Source: Lingula anatina
Lineage: Eukaryota; Animalia; Brachiopoda
Reading direction: 5' to 3'
Assembly: GCA_051362555.1 (NCBI GenBank)
Contig: CM120640.1
Span: 60,614,788 to 60,678,787 of the forward strand
Length of the DNA stretch: 64,000 nucleotides
The first letter of the stretch is position 1, and each line of letters starts with the position of its first letter. Made by a program: the position numbers and the translations under genes. Below the pieces are notes generated by a model that had not been told where the DNA came from, did not search any database, and worked only from the letters and a program-made list of their open reading frames with translations. Of this stretch, positions 1-11,354 are shown piece by piece.

Positions 1-834
1 ATGAGATGGGAAAAATATCAACAGAGCAGTGTTAAATGTCCAATCTCTTCCATTCTGAGATTCTGAACATAGTGAATGATTGAATCTGACAAACTGCAAT
101 GATATTTCCATTTTTGAAACTTTATTACACAATACACGAGAACAAGTTTACCATCATTTTTACATAATCAACTAATAATGTTGTAAAATTGCAGGAAATG
201 CCAAACAAACACTTTTACGTATCTTATTAGTTCAATAATGAAACTGTTTACATGCCTAAGAATTAAATCTGAGAAAATGTGAAAAAAACTGCATTTCTTT
301 AAAATAATGGCCCGATTATGCTGATTTTTGAACTCAACCTGTGTTTTAGCAGAAATGACCACTCCTGTGAGTTTAATGACAATTGGCCTATCTGTTTTTC
401 TTATATTGTGTTTACAGTGTTGCATATATGCTGAAAAGTGAAAAAACAAAAAGCATAACTACTAAAATAGTGGTCTGATCATGCCGGTTTTCGAACTTGA
501 CCTGCGTTATAGTAAGATTGATTACTCCTGTGAGTTTCATGACAAAAAGCTTATCGGTTTTCCTTGAAATGTGTTTACAGTGTTGCATATATGCTGAAAA
601 GTGAAAAAACAGCATAACTTCTACATTAATTGCCCGATCATGCTGATTTTCGAACTTGACCTGCATTTTATGAATATTCATCAGCTCTGTAAATATACAG
701 CCAAAAAGTAAAACTGCCTTCCACTTATCATGTTTACAATGAAAGTGCATGGCACCAGCGACAGCGACAGTGACGGCAACGACGGCGACGACAGACGCAG
801 GTGATGGCAATATGTACAGACACATCTGTACATA
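1..834 (-). mobile_element. HINE/DINE-1-like non-autonomous Helentron-derived element, copy A (truncated by the window edge)
   Basis: Reverse-complement match to 17700-18540: ~118-bp internal tandem units (ctgattttcgaacttgacctgcg...), a GCGACA/GCGACG-type hexamer microsatellite at ~750-795, and a partly deleted terminal palindrome tatgtacagacacatctgtacata at ~811-834. Confidence 0.7.
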
Positions 835-835
835 T

Positions 836-2053
836 TAACTGTACTGTTTGAGAACAGTAAGTGACATGGTTTTTCTTAAATGGTCATCATGGGAGCAGTG
901 CCCAAAATAGGTTTTTTTCAAATTTTGATGCAATATTACATAATGTTTAACAGCATAATGATCATCAATTTTTAATAATAAAATATTAGTATCATGGACA
1001 AATAGTAAACGTGACTTACAAAGGTTTTTAGGCCGATGGAACTTCAAAGTCACACCTTAACAATGCCAAAATGTAAACAAGACTGCACTGTTCTGAAATG
1101 GGTTTATTTCCATTTTTAACACTTTTTTTAACATAAAACAAAATTAATAGGTTACTGCCATTTTTATATGATCAACTAAGAAAATTGATGAGATGTGAAA
1201 AATATCAATAGAACAGTGTTAAATGTCCAATTTCTTCCATTCTGAGATTCTGAACATAGTGAATGATTGAATCTGACAAACTGCAATGATATGAGTTTAT
1301 TTCCATTTTTGACACTTTATTACACAATACACGATAAGTTTACCATCATTTTTACATAATCAACTAACAATGTTGTAAAGATTCAGGAAATGTCAAACAA
1401 ACACTTTTACGTATCTTATTACTTAAATAATAAGGCTATTAACATGCCTAAGAATTAAATCTGAGGAAATCTGAGGAAATGTGAAAAAACAGCATAACTT
1501 CTAAAATAATGCCCCGATTATGCTGATTTTCGAACTCAACCTGCATTTTAGTAAGACTGACCGTTCCTGTGAGTTTAATGACAATTGGGCTTTCTGTTTT
1601 TCTTATATTGTGTTTACAGTGTTGCATATATGCTGAACAATGAAAAAACCGCATAACTACTAAAATAGTGGCCAGATCATGCTGATTTTCGAACTTGACC
1701 TGCGTTTTAGTAAGATTGATTACTCCTGTGAGTTTCATGACAACAGGCCTAATGGTTTTCCTTAAAATGTGTTTACAAGGTTGCATATATGCTGAAAAGT
1801 GAAAAAACAGCATAACTTCTACAATAATGGCCCGATCATGCTGATTTTCGAACTTGACCTGCGTTTTATGAATATTCATCAGCTCTGTAAATATAAAGCC
1901 AAAAAGTAAAACTGCCTTCCACTTATCATGTTTACAAGGAAAGTGCACGGCGACGGCATCGGCATCGGCATCGGCATCGCCATCGGCATCGGCATCGGCG
2001 ACGACAGACGCAGGTGATGGCAATATGTACAGACACATCTGTGTCTGTACATA
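836..2053 (-). mobile_element. HINE/DINE-1-like element, copy B (5' part, interrupted by copy A)
   Basis: Reverse-complement match to ~17700-19280: full terminal hairpin tatgtacagacaca-tc-tgtgtctgtacata at ~2024-2053, (GGCATC)n microsatellite at ~1950-2000, and internal ~118-bp tandem repeats. Confidence 0.75.
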
Positions 2054-2089
2054 AAAATTGATGCCATTGTCGAGAAAAAAATAATGATG

Positions 2090-2255
2090 CAGGGGCGTTA
2101 CCAGACCATTTAAAATTGTACGCACAGATTTTGAAAATTCTCAGGTACGATTATATTCCGTGAAAAATACACTGAATTTATGGAGAATAACATCATGGTT
2201 GGCTCAAAAAATTGTACGCACAGTCCATCCGTGCGTATGCCTGGTTACGCCCCTG
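2090..2255. mobile_element. 166-bp MITE with CAGGGGCGT termini
   Basis: TIRs caggggcgttaccag ... ctggttacgcccctg, flanked by a 5-bp direct repeat tgatg (2085-2089 and 2256-2260), with an internal direct repeat aaaattgtacgcacag. Confidence 0.7.
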
Positions 2256-2408
2256 TGATGTAATTAAATCATGCTATTCAATCATAATAAAACAAGGCAG
2301 AAGAACATTTAATCTCATTAACAACAGTCTACTACATTAAAAGATTCACTTTTAAAAAAGTAATCTAGCATGTTGGCAAGTTGACACATCACAAAAAGTG
2401 AGACCTCA

Positions 2409-5400
2409 CCTGGCCAGCACTCTCCTACACAATCTTTCCCTGTGAAATCCTTGATAAAGTAGCCTTTCTCAGTACCTTCTCTAAAAATGTGATAATCTGG
2501 GTCCTTTTTTATGTGTGGATCAACAATTGTCACCACCTTGTGTCCTTTTCTTCCCAAATCATTGATAAGGGCTTTGGGGTCTGGAAACTTGGCCTTGTCC
2601 CATGTGAAATATCTGGAATAAAGTTTACTTGATGATTTATTGAATTCTCCACATTACACACATTAATGCCTAAACAATGATCAAATCAGAATACTCATAA
2701 AAGAGATTTTGATTCCTATTACAATATAAGCTACTGAAAATGACATGCATGTGCTGTCCGAAAATAAATTACTGACAGAATCTTGAAACTCGGGGTGCCA
2801 TGGTCAGACTACATGTATTGTTTTTTATGCTCTTTTGTGTCAGCATTGCAAATAAATAAACAAATGGTCGATACACTATCTTCTAGTGTTATCTAAATAC
2901 ATGTTTGGTGCCTGAATATACTTTTACCTTTTTCCATCTGTGTGCTCTATATCCAGCCATATGACATCATATGGGATCTGCTGTTCTTCCAAGCGAGCAT
3001 CAACACTGCAAGATAACAAGGGTTGACAATATTAACTGAATGAATGAGCATTATAATCAACTTTTGTAGGTAAAAATAGACCATAAAAGTATGAAACTTT
3101 TGCAATTCAAGCATACAATACAAAGTTTTACAACAATTTTCAGCCTACAGAAATAAGACATATAGTTCCTTTTTTGAACTCCACTTTTCCAGGCAGATGA
3201 CAATGGCCGCAAACATGTACATGTAGTACTTTTCAAACACAACAAACAATATAACTGACCTTCTGACATCTGCTTCATCATCATAATTCCACCTGCACTG
3301 GTGATACCCTAAGGCAAACAGCTGGGAAAACACAGAAATTTTATTTATTGAATATAATATTGATGATCCAATGCCAAAATCCTAAGCTTATCATGAATGA
3401 TATTGGTTTAAAAGTTAAACAATTCATCATTTTTCACTTTCTGAAGAAGAGGAAGTATTTGAGATAAAAAAAAAGTACAAAAGGTTGGCATTAACATTTG
3501 TTGAAAAGCATTTAAATGACTTATCTCTGTAAAGATGAAGCCACGGGAATATTTGATACTACATTCCAAATTTCTTGGACTCTAATTATACATTTGGTGT
3601 GTGGCATGGTGTGGGGTCATTTCTCTTCAGACAGTACCACGCTTAAGTATACATGTCTACAATTGAATATTTTCTATTTAGTCTTTTCTGCCATATAATT
3701 AACTTACTGGAGGCAATGTGCTTTTTCCTGTCAAGTCTGCATACTGTTTGAATATGTCCCAAGGTGAGGGTCCAGGCATAAAGAACATGTCCATCACACC
3801 GCTCTCTGAGACCCAGTGGGTCATCACTTGGGGTCTTTCATTACGTGTCTGTAAAATTTTCAATTAATCAAAATTAACAACTTTAAAGGTCAAATAAGCA
3901 CCATTCATATTCACACAATTTTTTTAACCTGCAATTATTTTGTAAATTATTTGCAATAATTACCCACCTTTTCCTGCTTGCTGATGCTGACCCAGGTTTC
4001 GGAAGCATTCAGCCACATGAGCCCTACTGTTATGTCTGGGCTGAAAATAACAATCAAAATGATCAACCAGAGAATGTGAGTGAAGATGACATGATTTCTG
4101 ATCACTGACAAAACTAAAGGACAGCAATTTTAAGTGTGTATAACATTAGATGGAACTAAAATTTACCTGTGAGCAATTACAGCAGGTACATTCCCATACA
4201 AGGACATAGTGGAGCCAACAGCATAACCATAGTGATCTGCATTATATAACTTGATAGGGGAAGACATCCTAGAACGAAAGAAATATTTCCAAAGACCTAA
4301 ATATATTCATACATAATGTAGTATAGCAATTAACTGTTCAAGTTGACAGTATTGTGAAAATGTTAAAATATTACTTTGTTAGATGAGGGGAATTCTACAG
4401 CATTTCCCCTCTGAGTGACATCTGTTCTCCCCCATAACATTTTGGACATTTCTGTGCTTATCAATGTACTTGAAAGGTGCCATTAGGTGCAGATGCTGAG
4501 TTTTTATCACATCTTCTTAAGTTATAAAAAGATAAAAGTATTTTAAACATGACCATAATGTGATGAAATATGTTAAAAACTATGGGGAGGAAAACTACAG
4601 AATTGTTCATAAATATCAAATAGAATAAAGTAGGATGTAGTTCTCATATCAATGTTTAGGGTAGAAACTGATGTACTGATAAGCAAAATTGTGTTTTCTG
4701 CAAGAATAACATAAATACTAAAAAGACTTCACCAGTGTTTTCATCACCCTCATTTTTCATCATCACATTTTTACATTTTTGTTGTCTTGCATTGTAAAAT
4801 GATGCAATAAAGACTGTTCCCAGTATAATTAATTTAATCCTGCAACATGAACATGATCAAAGAAAACCACAAAGCCAGAAGACTTACTCTGTATTGTCCA
4901 GTGAGAGTCTAAGAGCATGTTCAGGTAGACCATAAAGATGTTGAAACCCATCAAAAACTACATCTGCACCAATAGAGCTTGGCCCTGCCATATAAAAGGG
5001 ATCATATTTATTAGTAAAAATTTCAACTGAATTAAACAAAACTTCAATACATTAATTCAGGTGTAATAAATAACTGAATCAGTGGTATTTGCTAGGTACA
5101 GCACCTGAACATGTTAAATTAAATTACAAGAGCTGCACACTGAAATAACAAAAAGAAGACAACCTTGCCATCACACAATCTTTCCCTCATACACAAGCAA
5201 ATTACAGTATATTCCTCTGTGAAAGAGTGTTGTTTCAGTTTGAAAATAATTGGAACAGTTACTGTAATTTAAAACAATTAAAATGATTTCCTTTATAAAG
5301 ATGTATGATGACAAACTGAGAGCTTACCATATGGTTTAGAATCAACCACCCCCTGGTAGTCTTCTTCCCACAGACCTTGGTTCAGTTCAACAGTAGGCTA

Positions 5401-7429
5401 CAAATTTATAATACAAAAAGCTGTAACTACATATGTTTCCATTCCTTCATCTGACATTCATGTCTAAATCAAATTGAACAACAAATAAAATATCATAGAA
5501 ATGATCTGAAAATTATTTCAAAAATGTTCTGTGTTCACAAATTAAAGGTCAACAGTGCTATAGCAGGTATATTAAGGAATGAAGTAAAAATGTGCTTTGG
5601 TGTAAATTTATGCCAAGGAATATTGGTGTTTATTGTCCTTACTTTAAGATTTTTGCTGCCATCTTTGCTTTTGCTTTTCTTTAGTGGTGGTTCATCTTCT
5701 GTGCTATCAGATGCCTTTCTCTTGCCTGGTTGTAATCCAGTGACATTTTGCTGGGACCTAAGATTCAGATAAAGGAATCAATAATAGCATGAAATTATTT
5801 AACAGTGACTATTGCCCAATACCACCAAAACAACAATACCAATGTCCAATTCCTTGCAAGTTGCTGACATCTAAAATGACTTTTATAATTCTTTATAATC
5901 ATAATTCATAACGTTAACATTTTACAATATTTCAGCGATGTCTTAATGATACATATTAACAGAATAGTTTTCTCAATATCTACTGTATATTCTTGCTGCA
6001 TAAAAAGCTGCATAATGAACTTACATGTATGATTTCTTTCTGTAGCATTCAAACTTGAAGAAATTGTATGAATTGAGGCTAAATACTGTTTGGCCAGCAC
6101 ATGAAATCTTAGCAGTAAATGGCTGTGACACCACTGATAATTCTGAGTCATACAGCTTCAAGATCATGGCACTTGCTGATTGCTTTACAACAGTAATGCT
6201 GAAGTTTATAGAATAATATCCATTATATATGTATATCAACATGGCTTTCAGATCAATCTGCCTATTAATAAACATTTCACTAATGAAGATCAATGAAATC
6301 AATACAAGTCAATGTTTCAGAGTTGAAAATTTTCTGTTTTTCCCGAAAAAAAGTTCTCACTCATGAATCTATGACCTATCACTTCACTAATCAAATAAAC
6401 CAATGACAAAATGGCCTTTAATTCATATTAATTCAAATTGTACATTCATTTGATAAATTCCAGGATTGTATAATATTTATATTAATAAAAAACCTTTTCA
6501 TATTAAATTAAAATTTAAAAAAATATGCTAAAAGGTACCGGTATCCTTCAATATTCTTCTCCAGCACATCCCCTTCTGGTATGGAATACCTAGGCCTCAA
6601 AGGCTGGGCCTCATCAACTGTCACCCTGATGGCACCATTCTTGTAGAATCTGAATTGGAGGATCAACTTATCACTGCCATCATCTCTGTTCAAAGGTATC
6701 TTGGCCACATTGTCCTCAATTTCAGCATCTCCAATACAAGCTGTATACTTCAGCACTAGACCATATTTCTGCCTCCTGCACATAACAAATAGGAAAGATA
6801 TACATGTACATCTACAATGAATGTAACCTATCTGTTTTATACATAGTACTAATTAATATCTGTTGTATACATGATACATGTGGATGTGCATTTTACATGC
6901 ATATATTATAATGTCTTTTCCCAGTACATACAGCCTGTACATGTATGTATGTTGAATTTCATATGTAAATCATTTGTCATAATATATCAGTGAAGCTCTA
7001 AAGTATATAAATATGTTACTTCTTTGGCAATGACAAGTCACAATACATGTACATGTACTGTATAAGCATTAAATTTAAAACCGGTCTTTAATCTGAAAAT
7101 AATGATATCATACAGTAGATCTATGTAGTTTGTCATTTTAAAAAGTTTCCAGGTTCTCCTCTGTCAAAAAAGCTGAAAACCTTAAACAGAAGAACAAGAA
7201 CAAATAATTTTCATGTCCACAGCTGTAACTTTTAATTGTATTGACATGTTAATCATCAGTTATAACCGCCTTGACTACAGACACTATATAATGACTCTTT
7301 TGAGTCGGCCTACAATGTACATGAACATGGTGAAATTTTTATCTAACCTCAGCGTACCCAGAGATTTGTAATCCAGCGTTATTATTACCTGAAGAAGCTA
7401 GCATCATTGCAGGTCCTGAACTTTGCCAT
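2409..7429 (-). CDS. GH31 neutral alpha-glucosidase (GANAB/GANC family), 5' portion; multi-exon, continues beyond the left edge
   Basis: Spliced exons give MAKFRTCNDASFFR|RQK (7389-7429), ...GAIRVTVDEAQPLRPRY (6538-6776), HLYGLPEHA (~4889-4985), LYNAD...LYGNVP (~4167-4269), WVSESGVMDMFFMPGP (~3708-3848), LGYHQCRWNY (~3260-3321), DVIWLDIEHTDGK|RYFTWD (~2928-3006) and VTIVDPHIKKD...GECWPG (2409-2613). These are hallmark glucosidase II alpha/GANC motifs with GT-AG boundaries. The catalytic WNDMNE exon is not in the window. Confidence 0.9.
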
Positions 7430-9581
7430 GATAACAGTATACTCTTTTACTTTCCCCACCTAATGATTATATGTTTTTGCACCATCAAAACCGCAGCAAG
7501 AATATGACGACTCCCGCTCACGCCATACCAAAATCACACAATCATCAAACTAGCAAATCATTCTGTAGTCGATATGTGCAGATTATAAAAATCAGTACAC
7601 CAATCCCCAGACATTGCACCTGGCTAACATATTTCGTTACATTTGCGTGCCCGACATCCGCTTAAAGGTGAAAACGACTGCAAGTGCTGCCCTCTTTTAG
7701 CCTTAGAGCGAAGCAACTTTCCAATCTATTATGTGCGTACAGCTACATGTACATTGGTAGTTTATCCGTGGTTCTGTTTCAGTTTATGATGTCAACAAAC
7801 CAGGCAGAACTATTACATGTATATGGCCTTCAGGCCATTAAAACGATTGAATGTCCCTTTGAACACTTTTCTCTAATTAATTAATACACGAACGAGGGGG
7901 GGGGCGTTTTAACGTTTTTAATTAAAAAATATAATTTATCGAAGAAATGTTTTCTTTCGAGTTATTGAAATTTTCTTACCTTTTCCGTTTGTTGCATAAA
8001 AAGATGATTGAAGTCACTTGAGTGATATCGATAATGTTAACAATAAGAAAAAATGAAGCATATGTATCAGTAACAGGCGTATACATATAGGTAATTTTCT
8101 GGGTTTGCGTGTATCGAAAACAGCCGTCTTAAAGTCGCATTCGAACCGGTCTCCCATTGCGCAAACATTTGAACTGGGGGGGAATTACGGCTCCATTTTA
8201 TAAATGATAAGCTAAATTTTAAAATATTATAATAATGCTGGGGTTATAATCCCATCCGCAGTGGAACCTTCAAAGTGGAACCTTCAAACAGAGCTACAGG
8301 TAGCTTTTTACTGATATAAATAAGTTTTTTTTTAAACCATCGTTTTCAGAGCAATTTTTGTAATAAAACACGTTTTCTTACTAATACTGTATCCAGCTGG
8401 TTATCAGAACAATAAATATTACAACTAACCATAGTTTAAACTTAGTTAAACTTGTCCTCTATTAAAAGAAAAGCGAAATATAAATATGGTTTCATCTCGC
8501 CGCATCGGATAAACGCAATTCTGAAAGGTGAAAATTGTGAACTTCATTAGGCCATACGAATTTCATTAGGCCATTTTTTGTTATTCCGACAAAAGCTCTG
8601 AAACTCTCCATATTTTGAAAAAAGCAGTGTTGAAAAATATAAATATGGCTACATTAAGTGCCTTTTGCACATGAAAAAGCAGGAAAAATGTAAAAAGTAA
8701 TTTGTGATTAACTTGGCTATAAACATTTGGATATTGGGTGACGCACGGGGGCTTTAAAAATCGAGGGGCGACTAATTTTACCCGAAACAAACAAAATTCA
8801 AACACTGATCTGAAAGAAAAGTTAAGCACGATTTAAATATATGGAAAAGTTTTACGGTAGTTGAGAATATGGGATAAGTAAAAGTTGAATCTTTCAGGTT
8901 GCAAGTAGGACGAGTAGGAATCCGGGGTGGAGTCGAGATTCCGCATGCAGAACACGAGTTTGGAAGATAGGTTTTTGGGTTGATATTAAGCAGAAACATT
9001 GAAGGGGTGGAAAGGACATTACAAGGGATTGGACAAGAAAATCTTACCTATTTTATAAATGGCGAAGCCTTTTTTAAGTTCTTCTTGACAATTTTAATAT
9101 TAAATTACTAAAACAACTACATTGGCAGTACTGATAATTGGTTTATTTATCACATTTTTTCATGAAACAAGCTTTGAATTTGCATTTTACTGAAAGTGAG
9201 TTTAACTGTCAAATGCAGTTTTAAAATTTATAAATGCAAGCCTGCTAGTAAAAAAAAAAAAAAAAAAATGGATAAAAGCAGATAAAGATTAAATTAGCAT
9301 TAGATTTTCGACTTCCTCAATACACAGATAATAGATTAGCAGAAAAGTAAATAAGGCATGCACTGTACTTCATGTGTGTTTATACAAATGTCAGAAAAAA
9401 TTTTAATGAATTTTATACATTTTTTGAAATTCACTATAAATTCCACTAAATGAGAAGTCAAATATTTTTAAAAAGAAATTTCACTTGTTTATGTATTTAA
9501 AACAATCAAAAATATGTGTATTTGAACACTAGAACAGCACACATTGTTTTCAACTATGTTGTCCACATACACGTAATTTTA

Positions 9582-11273
9582 CTAGTTGACCTCATTCTGA
9601 GGAGATGGCACAATTCCAGACACAAATTTTTGTATGTCTGTGTTTTCTTGAACTGGTATATTTGTGGAAATAGGGAAATTTTCTTGATTGGCTTCGGTGT
9701 TGGCTATACTGCCTCCCTGAAGAATATCAACTGGAATAGAAAGACCGTATTAACAGACTTTGCATGAATGTGCATAGTTTTGTGATAACTTTATAGCAAA
9801 CTAAGACATGTTTAATATGATTATTAATATCGAATCTGTTATATACCAGTAGCCAAATGTAAAAAACCTTAATCTTTACATTATTGATCAAATGGTCTGT
9901 CTTAGAGGGAAAAAATAAAATTTGTTAATTCCCCCCCCCTCCCCCCAATCTTAATTATTACCTGTCCTTGTTGTGTAAACTTCATTATGGTATTTCTGGC
10001 ACTGCATAGTTTCAGGATTAAAGTCGGAGGACCCCCCAAACAGTACCAGTTGGTCATCTACAACCACAGATGTGTGAACACCTCGCCCAGAGGGCAGTTC
10101 TCCCTGGACTGTAGGCTGCATCCATTCCATAGTAGCTATACAAAATAATCTGGACTTAGTGGTAGCTATACAAAATAATTTGAAATAATAATAATAATCT
10201 AAAACATTAAAAGGTTACTGGATACAAAATCTAAATGCAAATGTCAAAAAGTAAAAAAAATCTACATACAAATGCTGAAAGGTATGATTAATTTAGGTCT
10301 ACTACCAGAACTCAGTGAATGATAAGAACCTAAATAATACTCATCCTTTTCAAGTTTACCTGTATCAAATATGTTGAGATCATCATAATGCTGATTACTT
10401 TGACTTCTACCTCCAATAACAACAACTCTTGCACCAACTGCAGTGACTGTGTGAAATGACCTAGGCTCTGGCTGACAACCTTTGACAGAGACTGTTTCCC
10501 ACTTTCTTGTTTCTACAGACAAATAGTAAAGATGTCTTAGATCGCATTCACAATGAGTTGAGCCAGGCTTTACCAATCCTGGAACTAAATAAGGCGGACG
10601 TACATGAAAGAAAAACCGCCTAATCTTTTAATAGTCTCTCCGCCTCTCACACGCCTCCCCACATGTCGTCCCTGTGGGGACACAGTCATTAAATCTTGGC
10701 TCCGTTCGCCATGCGGAGGCTACCTGAGAAATATTAAGTGTGCAAATTCATTCCCTTCCAATAATTAACCGACAATAATTTTTCACAACAGCATAAGATG
10801 GATGTGAAAAGCCATCCATTTGCGTTGGTAGGCCTACACCAAAATAAAATTTCACGTGCAGTAATTGAGTAGGGTATCTCCGTGAATATCTCTGGTGACA
10901 TTATCTCCGTAGATAGCCAATTCATTGTTGCTCTACGGGCCAATTCATTCCTTTTTCATCTCTGTTTTAAAAGATAATAGCTTTTTTCCTTCGATCACCT
11001 CTAGTCGCCATGCTTTCTTCATCTTGAGTTTAATTGATGAGCATGCACACTTTATATTTCTCAGCAAGCTTCCGCATGGCGAATGGAGCCGAGATGTAAT
11101 AACTGTACCCCCGCAGGGACGATGCGTGGGGAGGCGTGTGGGAGCTGGAGAGACTATTGACAGATTAGGCGGTTTTTCTTTCATGTACGTCTGCCATATC
11201 TAGATCCAAGATTTGTAAAGCCTGGCTCAACTCGTTGTGAATGCGATCTTAGTAGATCCATACATGCTCTTAA

Positions 11274-11354
<81 letters not shown>

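Noticed and set aside
168-2125. ORFs of 93, 137 and 225 aa with internal peptide repeats (KTQVKFENQHD; DADADA)
   Set aside because: They are translations of the HINE tandem units and microsatellite; the reading frames are not conserved between copies.
11249-11275. Possible kelch exon (EHVWIY) disrupted by the MITE
   Set aside because: The upstream exon joins in frame to the acceptor at ~10513 (YNT|ETRKW) and gives a complete blade, so the MITE is intronic.
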